Positions 27,561-37,538 of a DNA stretch of 37,584 nucleotides are shown one piece after another (within the stretch, counting starts at the first letter, position 1; the number at the start of each line of letters is the position of its first letter). The notes below the pieces were generated by a model. It searched no databases. It had not been told where the DNA came from and was given only the letters and a program-made list of their open reading frames with translations. Made by a program: the position numbers and the translations under genes. The stretch lies in sequence record SRR20825010_4175. One strand, 5' to 3'.

Positions 27561-27795
27561 CAAATCACAAATACACAAATCCCAAATATGTAGAAAGTGC
27601 TAAATTTTGAATTTTAATTTGTATTAAAACCTCAAATTTCAAATAAAAAGAGTGTCGTTTTAATATAGAGTTTGCTCGTCTTACAGGCAAATTTTAGTTT
27701 TAAAATTGTAAATTAACTAAATGTTATAACGTTTGTGATTTGGCTTTTGTTTTTTGAAATTTATTTGTTATTTGGTGCTTGTAGTTTGTGATTTT
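27561..27795. repeat. Degenerate ~7-nt-periodic inverted repeat arms
   Basis: caaatcacaaatacacaaatcccaaat (27561-27587) versus tttgtgatttg (27732-27742) and tttgtgattt (27785-27794). Confidence 0.6.
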
Positions 27796-27838
27796 AAGTT
27801 TCAACCTTCCTATCTTTAAAGTTTAAACATTTATAAAA

Positions 27839-28900
27839 TTGAAAAAAAATACCTACCATATTATTGGCGTAATGAGTGGCACTTCGCTCGATGGAATCGA
27901 TTTAGCGGAAATTAGGTTTAACTATTTTGAAGAGAAGTGGAGCTTTAAAATCCTCGCTGCTGAAACAATTCCCTATTCTTCTTTTTGGAAAAAAGAGTTG
28001 GGCGAAGCCATCAATTATTCTAAAGAAAATCTTGAACGTTTAGATTTTAAGTACACCGAAAAGCTTTCCGAAGAAATTTTAAAATTTATAAAAAAACATG
28101 CTATTCAGGAAATTGATGCAGTTTGTAGTCACGGGCATACTGTTTTTCATCGGCCTGAAAAGGGATTAACGTACCAAATTGGCAATTTACCGCGGCTTTC
28201 AAAACTGCTCTCACAAAACGTTATTTGCGATTTTAGAGTACAAGATGTTGCACTTGGTGGGCAAGGAGCGCCGTTGGTTCCCATTGGCGATAGGTTGCTT
28301 TTTCCAGAATATGATTATTGTTTGAATCTGGGAGGATTTGCAAATTGTTCTTACGAAAGAAATGGAAAACGGATTGCTTTTGATATTTGCCCGGTAAATA
28401 TTGTTTTAAATAAATATGCTCAAAAACTAGGAAAAGATTTTGATGAAGATGGAAAGTTTGCAGCTTCAGGAATAGTTGATAAAAATTTACTTGATAAGCT
28501 AAATTCAGATTCTTTTTACTCTGAAAAACCTCCAAAATCATTAGGCTTAGAATGGGTAAAAACGAATATTTTTCCGGCTTTAGATGCTTCGGAAGTTTCT
28601 TCTGAAAAGATATTAAGCACCTTTACTGAGCATGTAGCAATGCAACTAGCAAAACAATTTCCAGCAAATTCATCGATTTTAGTAACGGGGGGTGGGACGT
28701 ATAATTCTTTTTTAATTGAAAGACTAAAAGCGCATACTGCGGTTAAAATACTTATTCCTACTCCTGAAATTATAGAATATAAAGAAGCATTGATTTTTGG
28801 ACTTTTAGGTGTTTTAAAATTACGTGATGCTATTAATTGCTTGGCGAGTGTAACAGGAGCAGAACGAGATCACTCTTCTGGAAAAATATTCACCAAATAA
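27839..28900 (+). CDS. anmK: Anhydro-N-acetylmuramic acid kinase
   Basis: IGVMSGTSLDGID, SHGHTVFH, DFRVQDVALGGQGAPLVP, LNLGGFAN, KEALIFG; TTG start. Confidence 0.95.
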   Translation: MKKNTYHIIGVMSGTSLDGIDLAEIRFNYFEEKWSFKILAAETIPYSSFWKKELGEAINYSKENLERLDFKYTEKLSEEILKFIKKHAIQEIDAVCSHGHTVFHRPEKGLTYQIGNLPRLSKLLSQNVICDFRVQDVALGGQGAPLVPIGDRLLFPEYDYCLNLGGFANCSYERNGKRIAFDICPVNIVLNKYAQKLGKDFDEDGKFAASGIVDKNLLDKLNSDSFYSEKPPKSLGLEWVKTNIFPALDASEVSSEKILSTFTEHVAMQLAKQFPANSSILVTGGGTYNSFLIERLKAHTAVKILIPTPEIIEYKEALIFGLLGVLKLRDAINCLASVTGAERDHSSGKIFTK

Positions 28901-28939
28901 ATTTTACATAAAATCAATATAAACCCCTAACAAGTTTTT

Positions 28940-28947
28940 TATATTTG
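28940..28947 (+). promoter_or_regulatory. -7 box (TATATTTG) upstream of the dehydrogenase-nhaD-exbBD-tonB run
   Basis: Exact TAnnTTTG. Confidence 0.65.
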
Positions 28948-28999
28948 TCATCAAACTCCGAAACTTTAGTGAAGGAGAAACAAAACCCTCCGCATAAAA

Positions 29000-30226
29000 A
29001 TGAAAGAATTACTTAAAAAATACGAAGACAAAGAACCCGAAATAGTTTTTCACTGGAACGATCCTGAAACCGAAGCCGAAGGCTGGACGGTAATAAATTC
29101 CTTACGTGGCGGTGCTGCTGGAGGGGGTACGCGTATGCGTAAAGGGCTTGACTCCAACGAAGTGCTTTCCCTTGCTAAAACAATGGAGGTAAAATTTACT
29201 GTTTCTGGTCCAGCAATTGGTGGTGCTAAAAGTGGAATTAACTTTGATCCTTCCGATCCTCGTAAAAAAGGTGTTTTAGAGCGTTGGTATAAAGCTGTAT
29301 CGCCTTTATTAAAAGCGTATTATGGTACAGGTGGCGATTTAAATGTAGATGAAATCCACGAAGTAATCCCTATTACAGAACAAAGCGGTGTTTGGCATCC
29401 GCAAGAAGGGGTTTTTAACGGCCATTTTTCACCAACAGAAGCCGATAAAATTAATAGAATTGGCCAATTACGCCAAGGAGTAATAAAAGTTTTAGAAAAT
29501 TTAAACTTTTCACCAGACGTCTCTAGAAAATATACTGTAGCCGATATGATTACAGGTTTTGGAGTTGCGGAAGCAGTGCGTCATTATTACGATATTTATG
29601 GTGGAAGCGTAGAAGGAAAACGTGCTGTTGTGCAAGGTTTTGGAAATGTTGGTGCTGCCGCTGCCTATTATCTTTCACAAATGGGTGCTAAAATTGTTGG
29701 TATTATTGACCGTGAAGGTGGAATAATCAATAAGGACGGTTTTACTTTTGAAGAAATAAAGAAATTTTTTCTTGAGAAAAACGGCAATACATTAGTGGCT
29801 GAAAACATGATTCCATTTGAAGAAATCAACGAAAAAATTTGGAACCTTGAAACAGAAATATTTGCACCTTGCGCAGCCTCTAGATTGGTTACTAAAGAAC
29901 AAATTTCTGCAATGATTAGAACTGGATTAGAAGTAATTAGCTGTGGTGCAAATGTACCTTTTGCTGATAAAGAAATTTTCTTCGGTCCAATTATGGAATA
30001 CACCGACGAACGTGTTAGTTTGATCCCCGATTTTATTAGTAACTGTGGTATGGCGCGCGTATTTGCATATTTTATGGAACGTAAAGTGCAAATGACGGAT
30101 GAAGCTATATTTAATGATACTTCTATAACCATTAAGAACGCTATCCAAAACACCTTCGATAACAACAGTACTAAAACAAATATTAGTAAAACTGCTTTTG
30201 AAATTGCATTAAAACAATTGATATAA
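29000..30226 (+). CDS. Glu/Leu/Phe/Val dehydrogenase family protein
   Basis: GGGTRM, MEVKF, IGGAKSGI, VQGFGNVG, CGANVP, PDFISNCG. Confidence 0.93.
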   Translation: MKELLKKYEDKEPEIVFHWNDPETEAEGWTVINSLRGGAAGGGTRMRKGLDSNEVLSLAKTMEVKFTVSGPAIGGAKSGINFDPSDPRKKGVLERWYKAVSPLLKAYYGTGGDLNVDEIHEVIPITEQSGVWHPQEGVFNGHFSPTEADKINRIGQLRQGVIKVLENLNFSPDVSRKYTVADMITGFGVAEAVRHYYDIYGGSVEGKRAVVQGFGNVGAAAAYYLSQMGAKIVGIIDREGGIINKDGFTFEEIKKFFLEKNGNTLVAENMIPFEEINEKIWNLETEIFAPCAASRLVTKEQISAMIRTGLEVISCGANVPFADKEIFFGPIMEYTDERVSLIPDFISNCGMARVFAYFMERKVQMTDEAIFNDTSITIKNAIQNTFDNNSTKTNISKTAFEIALKQLI

Positions 30227-30247
30227 TTTTTAACAACCAACTATAGT

Positions 30248-31627
30248 ATGGCTTCAATAATCATTTTAATTTTCGTTATAGGATATCTTTCTATCACTTT
30301 AGAGCATCCTTTAAAATTAGACAAAACAGTACCTGCGCTAATTATGGCATCCCTAATTTGGGCTGTTTTAGCAATTGGTTTTACCAGTGGGTGGTTTGAT
30401 GTTATAAATACGGAAGAGCAAGCTTTTAATTTTCTTTCAGGAGGCGAGCACGCCATGGAAGGCTTTGAAGGAACGCTGCTTCACCATTTAGGTAAAACTG
30501 CTGAGATTCTAATTTTCCTTATTGGAGCAATGACAATTGTTGAAATAATAGACTTACATCGAGGTTTTGAAGTTCTAAAAAGCGCAGTACGTACAAAAAG
30601 TAAGAAAAAATTACTTTGGATTATCGGAATACTTGCATTTTTCCTTTCAGCAATTATAGATAACCTTACTGCAACTATTGTATTGATTACCCTTTTAAGA
30701 AAACTGATTCACAAAAGAGAAGATCGTCTTTGGTTTGCCGCTATGGTTGTTATTGCTGCAAATGCTGGAGGAGCTTGGTCGCCAATTGGTGATGTTACTA
30801 CAACTATGTTGTGGATTGCCAAAAAAGTATCTGCTGCGGGGCTTATAGAATATGTGGTTATACCTTCTATAGTTTGTTTTGCACTACCTTTTATAATTGC
30901 TACCTATTTGCCAGCTTTTCGCGGAAATATTGAAGTTGATACAACTGAAGATAAAGAGGAAGAAGCACTTTTAAGTAGTAGAACAATGCTATTTTTAGGT
31001 CTAGGAATGATTGTTTCTGTGCCAGTTTTTAAAACATTAACACACTTGCCTCCGTATATGGGGATGATGTTAGCATTAGGTGTGGTTTGGCTAGTTTCAG
31101 AATATATTCATCCTGAAGAAGATTTTAGCAAAGAAAGACGACACCTATATTCTGCACATAAAGCTCTTTCACGTATCGAAATTTCTAGTATTCTTTTCTT
31201 CCTTGGAATTTTAATGGCGGTTGCAGGACTTGAAAGTCTGGTGTATGGTGTTGTAAACGGTGAAGAAGTAGGTACACTACGTTATCTTGCTGAAGTTTTA
31301 CAAGGCGCTATTCCTAATCAAGATGTAGTGGTAATATTATTGGGTGTTTTATCTGCAATTATAGATAATGTACCTCTAGTTGCTGCCTCTATGGGAATGT
31401 ACGATATGCCAATGGATTCTGTATTGTGGCACTTTATAGCCTATTCAGCTGGAACTGGTGGAAGTATGCTTATCATCGGGTCTGCTGCTGGGGTTGCTGC
31501 AATGGGAATGGAGCGAATTGATTTTATTTGGTATTTGAAAAAAATTACTTGGCTTGCTTTTGTTGGCTTTATTGCCGGTGCCGGAGTTTTCCTTTTAATT
31601 GAAAGGGTGTTATTTCATAATGCCTAA
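30248..31627 (+). CDS. nhaD: Na+/H+ antiporter NhaD
   Basis: Multi-TM; LSAIIDNLT, AANAGGAWSPIGDVTT, SAIIDNVPLVA, GTGGSMLIIGSAAG. Confidence 0.93.
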   Translation: MASIIILIFVIGYLSITLEHPLKLDKTVPALIMASLIWAVLAIGFTSGWFDVINTEEQAFNFLSGGEHAMEGFEGTLLHHLGKTAEILIFLIGAMTIVEIIDLHRGFEVLKSAVRTKSKKKLLWIIGILAFFLSAIIDNLTATIVLITLLRKLIHKREDRLWFAAMVVIAANAGGAWSPIGDVTTTMLWIAKKVSAAGLIEYVVIPSIVCFALPFIIATYLPAFRGNIEVDTTEDKEEEALLSSRTMLFLGLGMIVSVPVFKTLTHLPPYMGMMLALGVVWLVSEYIHPEEDFSKERRHLYSAHKALSRIEISSILFFLGILMAVAGLESLVYGVVNGEEVGTLRYLAEVLQGAIPNQDVVVILLGVLSAIIDNVPLVAASMGMYDMPMDSVLWHFIAYSAGTGGSMLIIGSAAGVAAMGMERIDFIWYLKKITWLAFVGFIAGAGVFLLIERVLFHNA

Positions 31628-31666
31628 CAATTTCTGAAACCTAAATCCGTTAATTACTAAAACAAA

Positions 31667-32374
31667 ATGCTATTTATGTTAAACTTCTTTATTCAAGAGG
31701 GTGCCGAGGTTGCACAAGATCTTGAACCTATTGCTCAAGAAAAAACCCTTTCAATAATGGATCTCCTCTTAAATGGAGGTGTTGCGGGACAACTAATTAT
31801 AGGTGTTCTTTTCGTGCTGCTTTTTGTAGCTGTCTATATTTATTTTGAAAGACTTTTTGCAATTAAAGCTGCTTCCAAGATGGACAGTAATTTTATGAAT
31901 CAAATTCGTGATCACGTTGCAAAAGGTAATATTCAAGCAGCGAAGGTGCTTTGTGCTCAAAATAATACTCCTGTTTCACATTTAACCGAAAAAGGGATCT
32001 CCCGAATTGGAAGTCCGCTGGAAGATATAAATACCGCTATTGAAAATGCAGGGCGTCTTGAGGTTTATAAATTAGAAAAAAACGTAAGTGTTTTAGCAAC
32101 AATTGCTGGTGCAGCACCTATGATTGGTTTCTTAGGAACTGTAATTGGGATGGTTTTAGCTTTTCATCAATTGGCAACCAGTAGTGGTCAAGCCGAAATG
32201 GGAACTTTAGCCGAAGGTATTTATACTGCTATGACAACAACCGTTGCGGGATTAATTGTTGGTATTATTGCTTATATGGGTTATAACCACTTGGTGGTAA
32301 AAACGGATAAAGTAGTACACCAAATGGAAGCTACTGCGGTAGATTTTCTAGACATGCTAAACGAACCTGCTTAA
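31667..32374 (+). CDS. exbB: MotA/TolQ/ExbB proton channel protein
   Basis: APMIGFLGTVIGM, GIYTAMTTTVAGL. Confidence 0.92.
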   Translation: MLFMLNFFIQEGAEVAQDLEPIAQEKTLSIMDLLLNGGVAGQLIIGVLFVLLFVAVYIYFERLFAIKAASKMDSNFMNQIRDHVAKGNIQAAKVLCAQNNTPVSHLTEKGISRIGSPLEDINTAIENAGRLEVYKLEKNVSVLATIAGAAPMIGFLGTVIGMVLAFHQLATSSGQAEMGTLAEGIYTAMTTTVAGLIVGIIAYMGYNHLVVKTDKVVHQMEATAVDFLDMLNEPA

Positions 32375-32766
32375 TGAATTTAAGAGGAAGAAATAAAGTT
32401 AGCGCCGAATTCAGTATGAGTTCCATGACAGATATTGTGTTTTTGTTGTTGGTATTCTTTCTGCTTACTTCGCCTGCAATAACACCAGATGCCCTAGATT
32501 TAATACTTCCGAAGGCAAAAGGGAAAACTTCAAATGTGCAAAAAGCATCAGTAAGCATTACAAAAGATGGAGCTTATTATGTAAATAAAGAGCGCGTAAG
32601 CGAATATAGCATTGAAAGTGAACTTAAAAAAGCACTCGAAGGTCAGGAAGAGCCTACAATAATACTTCGCGCTGAAGAAGGAGTACCAATTGAAGATGCT
32701 GTTTTTGTTATGGATGTTGCAAACAGAAACAATTTTAAAGTAGTACTTGCCGTTAGACCTAACTAA
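32374..32766 (+). CDS. exbD: Biopolymer transporter ExbD/TolR
   Basis: SMTDIVFLLLVFF TM with conserved Asp; 1-nt overlap with exbB. Confidence 0.92.
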   Translation: MNLRGRNKVSAEFSMSSMTDIVFLLLVFFLLTSPAITPDALDLILPKAKGKTSNVQKASVSITKDGAYYVNKERVSEYSIESELKKALEGQEEPTIILRAEEGVPIEDAVFVMDVANRNNFKVVLAVRPN

Positions 32767-32863
32767 ACAACTAGTAATTACAGCAATTGTTAAGCATTAA
32801 AGTTATTCTTCAAAGGTTTAATTTTTACTAAAGTCAACATTAATTATTGTTAATCGCCACTCC

Positions 32864-33682
32864 TTGAGTTTTTTAAATACAGAACATAAACGAAAAAGTA
32901 TGATCATCACGATAATCGTGCATGTTATTATACTAATTCTATTGTTTTATGTAGGAATGAAATACCTTGACCCACCTTTGGAACAGGGAATTGCGATTAA
33001 TTTTGGAACAACCGATACAGGCAGTGGAAAAATTCAACCCACCGAAAAAATACAAGCTGCACCACAAAAAACAACACCTGAATCTGTTTCGCAACCCAAA
33101 TCTGAAATAAAAGACGAGGTAGTTACTCAAGATAACGAAGAAGCGCCCGTAATAAAAAAGGAAAAGCCCAAAAAGGAGCAAAAGGAAACTCCTGTAAAAG
33201 AGGTGCCTAAAAAAGAAGTTAAAAAGCCAGATCCGAAACCTGATAAGTCTACTACTGACGCGCTATCTAGTATTTTGAATGGCCCAAAAAGTGATGGAAC
33301 AGCAAAAGGAGGCGAAGGCAATGATAGCAATCCTGGAGATAAAGGAAATCCAAATGGCGACCCAAATGCAAGTGCGTATTACGGCACTGGTAAAGGCTTA
33401 GATGGTGACGGCAATTACTTGCTTGGAGGAAGAAAAGCACTCAATAAAGAGAAATTTGTTCAAGAATGTAATGAAGCTGGTACTGTAGTGGTTAGTATTG
33501 AGGTGGACAGAAATGGAAAAGTTATAAATGCTACAGCAGGAGTGCGAGGTACAACAAATAATTCCAAATGTCTTTTAGATCCAGCAAAACGTGCTGCAAT
33601 GGCTACAAAATTTAATGCAGACGATAAAGCGCCTGCAAAACAGATTGGAAAAATTATTTATAGATTCAGTCTTTCAGATTAG
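32864..33682 (+). CDS. tonB: TonB/TolA-like energy transducer
   Basis: N-terminal TM with His, Lys/Glu/Pro-rich linker, C-terminal GTVVVSIEVDRNGKVINA domain; follows exbBD. Confidence 0.85.
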   Translation: MSFLNTEHKRKSMIITIIVHVIILILLFYVGMKYLDPPLEQGIAINFGTTDTGSGKIQPTEKIQAAPQKTTPESVSQPKSEIKDEVVTQDNEEAPVIKKEKPKKEQKETPVKEVPKKEVKKPDPKPDKSTTDALSSILNGPKSDGTAKGGEGNDSNPGDKGNPNGDPNASAYYGTGKGLDGDGNYLLGGRKALNKEKFVQECNEAGTVVVSIEVDRNGKVINATAGVRGTTNNSKCLLDPAKRAAMATKFNADDKAPAKQIGKIIYRFSLSD

Positions 33683-33744
33683 AACATATTCTTTCTTAGT
33701 TACTTACCTTTTTTTCAGTATCTTTAGGCTTCAAACCTGACCAT

Positions 33745-36243
33745 ATGTATCGTATATCCCTCCTTGCTTTAAGTTTATTTTGTTTTATTGGTTGTAAGAA
33801 TTCTTTTGAGAAAGAAAAGAGTTTTACTTCCGAAGAAAAAAATGAAAAATATCCATTCGATCTTATGTTTATGCAACGCGCATATCCTAGCGGTCAAATA
33901 AATTCTTCTGCATATTCCGAAGCAATTCAATGGAAAAAAAATAATGCAAACAGAAATAAAGTTGATGAAGTATGGCAATTTAGTGGGCCCTTAAATGTAG
34001 GTGGGCGTATTACAGATATAGAAATACCGTCTACCCAACCAGAAGTATACTATGTAGGTGCTGCTTCAGGTGGAATATTTAAATCTATTAATTCTGGTGA
34101 TGACTGGACACCTATTTTTGATGAGCAAGAAATGCTCTCAATCGGAGATATAGAAATTTCAAAAAACGACAACGATATTATCTATGTAGGAACTGGTGAA
34201 GTTAATGCTGGTGGTGGTTCTTTGGTTTATGATGGAGATGGAGTGTATAAAAGTATTGACGGTGGCGCTACATGGGAATCCAAGGGATTGCCAGATATAG
34301 GAAGTGTAGGTAAAATTGTTTTGGATTCTGGAAACGATAATATCGCATATGTAGGTGCAATGGGTCCGTTATTTAGAAAAAGCACAAATCGCGGAGTTTA
34401 TAAAACTATAAATGGTGGTGATAGCTGGCAACAAGTTTTATTTGTAAGCGATTCTACAGGAGTTGTAGATATGGCAATTCATCCTACAAATGGAGATGTT
34501 GTTTATGCAGCAACATGGGAGCGTATTCGAAGACCTAATAATAGGCAGTATGGCGGTATTACATCTGGTATTTATAAAACCACTGATGGAGGAGCTAATT
34601 GGACAGAACTTGCTAATGGTTTACCAAGCCTAGCTTCACAAAAAGGAAGGATAGGTTTAGATATATCACAATCTAATCCGAATGTTTTATATGCGCGTTA
34701 TGCGGATGCAGTCGGAAATATTCAAGGAGTTTACAAAACTACAGATGGTGGAACTTCGTGGGTAGCTGTAAATTCAAGTCAATTAAATAATGTTGGTTTT
34801 CATTGGTGGTTCGGAGGTATTTTTATAGATCCAACAGATGAAAATGTACTTTATAATGTAGATTTTCAAGTGCAAAAGTCTACAAATGGTGGTGCTAGCT
34901 GGAGTAGTGTTTTCTCAAATGCTCATGTAGATCAGCATGCCATGGCGTTTAATGCTTCAGTTCCTGGTGAGGTTTTATTAGGAAATGATGGCGGACTCTA
35001 TTACAGTTCCAATGGAGGAATTTCTGCGGTAAAAGATTTGAAACTTCCTATTACACAGTTTTATAGAATGCATGTTGATGCACAAAATGAAGAAAAAATT
35101 TATGGCGGGGCTCAGGATAATAGTACAAGTCGCACACAAAATGGCGGCTTAAGTAATTGGAGTATTATTTTTGGTGGTGATGGTTTTCAGCCTCTTGTGG
35201 ACCCTACAAATACAAACGTTATTTATGCGCTTAGCCAATATGGAAATTTAGGGAAATCAACCAATAACGGAAATTCATTTTCTAATGCTACCAATGGTAT
35301 TGCTGGAGGTGATAGAAATAATTGGGATACCCCAATTGTTTTTGATCCGAATGATTCACAAACACTTTATTTTGGCACAAACCGTCTTTATAAAACAACC
35401 AATGCTGCTGGTAGTTGGGGTGCTATAAGCCCAGATTTAACAGATGGTCCACATACGGGGAACTTAACCTTTGGAACAATCACAACTATCAGTGCTTCAT
35501 CGTTTAATAATCAAGTTGTTTATGTAGGAACAGATGATGGTAAAGCATGGGTAACGCAAAATGGAGGTACTAACTGGACAGATATTTCTGTAGGTATTCC
35601 AAATAGATGGATTACAAAAGTATTAGCTTCTAAAGAAAATGAAAACACAGTTTATATAACACTTTCAGGCTATCGTTTTGGAGAAGATATAGGTCATGTT
35701 TATAAAAGTATTGATTTTGGAGCTACTTGGACAGATATCTCCACAAGTTTTCCAGATATTCCAGTTAATGATATTGAACAAGATACCTTCGGAAACCTTT
35801 TTATAGGTACCGATGTTGGAGTTTTTGCAACAAACGATGAAGGTGATAATTGGAGCGTTTTGGGTGAAAATATGCCTTCAGTAGTCGTTACAGATTTGTT
35901 TTTTCATGAAGCTTCAGCATTTTTATATGCCGCAACTTTTGGTCGTTCTTCATATAAAATTGATGTTTCTACTAATATTTTAAATGTTAATGTTGCAGAT
36001 TTTGCTTCTGAAATAAAAATATTTCCAAATCCTGCTTCAGAAGTAGTAACTATTTCCTTGAAAAACGGATTTTCTAAAGCTTCTATAATTATTTATGATA
36101 CAATGGGAAGGCTTGTGAAGCAAGAAAATTCTGAAGATAAAAATGAAATAAGCGTTTCTGTAGCGCATCTTCAACCTGGTATTTATTACTTTAAAATTTC
36201 CGATGGAGAAAAACAGACTACCAAAAAAATAATTGTTCAATAA
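33745..36243 (+). CDS. BNR/Asp-box (VPS10/sortilin-like) beta-propeller protein with type A T9SS domain
   Basis: Many (K)S/TxD/NGGxxW repeats; C-terminal IFPNPA...PGIYYFKI..KKIIVQ; N-terminal FIGC. Confidence 0.9.
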   Translation: MYRISLLALSLFCFIGCKNSFEKEKSFTSEEKNEKYPFDLMFMQRAYPSGQINSSAYSEAIQWKKNNANRNKVDEVWQFSGPLNVGGRITDIEIPSTQPEVYYVGAASGGIFKSINSGDDWTPIFDEQEMLSIGDIEISKNDNDIIYVGTGEVNAGGGSLVYDGDGVYKSIDGGATWESKGLPDIGSVGKIVLDSGNDNIAYVGAMGPLFRKSTNRGVYKTINGGDSWQQVLFVSDSTGVVDMAIHPTNGDVVYAATWERIRRPNNRQYGGITSGIYKTTDGGANWTELANGLPSLASQKGRIGLDISQSNPNVLYARYADAVGNIQGVYKTTDGGTSWVAVNSSQLNNVGFHWWFGGIFIDPTDENVLYNVDFQVQKSTNGGASWSSVFSNAHVDQHAMAFNASVPGEVLLGNDGGLYYSSNGGISAVKDLKLPITQFYRMHVDAQNEEKIYGGAQDNSTSRTQNGGLSNWSIIFGGDGFQPLVDPTNTNVIYALSQYGNLGKSTNNGNSFSNATNGIAGGDRNNWDTPIVFDPNDSQTLYFGTNRLYKTTNAAGSWGAISPDLTDGPHTGNLTFGTITTISASSFNNQVVYVGTDDGKAWVTQNGGTNWTDISVGIPNRWITKVLASKENENTVYITLSGYRFGEDIGHVYKSIDFGATWTDISTSFPDIPVNDIEQDTFGNLFIGTDVGVFATNDEGDNWSVLGENMPSVVVTDLFFHEASAFLYAATFGRSSYKIDVSTNILNVNVADFASEIKIFPNPASEVVTISLKNGFSKASIIIYDTMGRLVKQENSEDKNEISVSVAHLQPGIYYFKISDGEKQTTKKIIVQ

Positions 36244-36255
36244 AAATTTTCAACC

Positions 36256-37473
36256 ATCAACTATTCTGAAAGTATAAAATGGCTTTTTGCGCAATTGCCA
36301 ATGTACCAAAGGGTTGGTCAATCTGCCTATAAAGCAGATTTGGATGCAACCCTAAACCTTGCAAACTACCTTGAGAACCCTGAAAAAGACTTTAAAAGTG
36401 TTCATGTTGCAGGAACCAACGGAAAGGGCAGTACGAGCCATATGCTGGCGTCTGTGTTTCAAGAAGCGGGTTATAAAACAGCGCTTTACACTTCACCTCA
36501 CCTAAAAGATTTTCGCGAGCGGATAAAAATTAACGGTGAAATGATTCCAAAAGAAAACGTTTCGGAATTTGTGAACTTACACAAATCTTACTTTGAAAAA
36601 AATAAGCTGTCTTTTTTTGAAATGACGGTTGGTTTGGCTTTTGATTTTTTTAGAAATGAGAAGGTAGATATTGCCATAATTGAAGTGGGCATGGGTGGTA
36701 GGCTGGATAGCACTAATATTATCACTCCCGAAGTTTCGGTTATTACAAATATAGGATTAGACCACACTCAGTTTTTGGGAAACACTTTGGCTGCAATTGC
36801 TTCTGAAAAAGGAGGGATAATTAAACCTAAAATTCCGGTAATTATTGGGGAAACAAATCAAGAAACGAAACCTGTATTTGAAAAAATTGCTTCTGAAATG
36901 GATACATCTATCGCTTTTGCGGATACGCTAGATTCTTCAGGTTATACTTCAGATTTGAAAGGTAGTTATCAACAAAAAAATATTAAAACAGTTTTAAAAA
37001 CTTTAGCAGCTTTACAAGAAAAAACTTGGGTGATTTCTGAAGAAAATATTAAAAGAGGCTTATTAAATACTATTAATAATACAGGGCTTATGGGGCGTTG
37101 GCAAGTTTTGAGTGAATCTCCAAAAGTTATTTGCGACACTGCTCATAATAAAGAAGGATTGCTATTAGTGATGGAGCAACTTAAAAATGAAGGTTTTGAA
37201 AGATTGCATATTATCTTGGGTGTAGTTAATGATAAAGATTTAGATTCAGTATTACCGCTTTTCCCAAAGAATGCAACTTATTATTTTTGTAAACCCAGTA
37301 TTCCTCGTGGCTTAGAAGCATCCTTGTTGCTAACTAAGGCTAGAGGTTTTGGTTTGGTTGGGGAAGAATATATTTCGGTTAAAAAGGCTTATTTGGCTGC
37401 AAGTGAGGCAGCTTCAGCCAATGATTTAGTTTTTGTTGGAGGAAGTACTTTTGTTGTTGCTGAAGTTTTGTAA
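36256..37473 (+). CDS. folC: Folylpolyglutamate synthase/dihydrofolate synthase; start uncertain (ATC 36256, TTG 36295 or ATG 36301)
   Basis: HVAGTNGKGST, YTSPHL, FRERI, EVGMGGRLDSTN, DTAHN, GGSTFVV; upstream in-frame codons read INYSESIKWLFAQLPMYQ. Confidence 0.95.
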   Translation: MNYSESIKWLFAQLPMYQRVGQSAYKADLDATLNLANYLENPEKDFKSVHVAGTNGKGSTSHMLASVFQEAGYKTALYTSPHLKDFRERIKINGEMIPKENVSEFVNLHKSYFEKNKLSFFEMTVGLAFDFFRNEKVDIAIIEVGMGGRLDSTNIITPEVSVITNIGLDHTQFLGNTLAAIASEKGGIIKPKIPVIIGETNQETKPVFEKIASEMDTSIAFADTLDSSGYTSDLKGSYQQKNIKTVLKTLAALQEKTWVISEENIKRGLLNTINNTGLMGRWQVLSESPKVICDTAHNKEGLLLVMEQLKNEGFERLHIILGVVNDKDLDSVLPLFPKNATYYFCKPSIPRGLEASLLLTKARGFGLVGEEYISVKKAYLAASEAASANDLVFVGGSTFVVAEVL

Positions 37474-37490
37474 TTTTTTTTAAATAAATG

Positions 37491-37521
37491 TTTGTGGGAA
37501 TTAAAAACTAACTTATATTTG
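37491..37521 (+). promoter_or_regulatory. Complete Bacteroidota sigma70 promoter for tRNA-Val
   Basis: TTTG (37491-37494), 19-nt spacer, TATATTTG (37514-37521). Confidence 0.85.
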
Positions 37522-37538
37522 CAACCTCAAAACAATGA

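Noticed and set aside
29668..30240. 190-aa antisense ORF (and the other short nested ORFs in the track)
   Set aside because: Fully overlap well-supported genes and carry no motifs of their own
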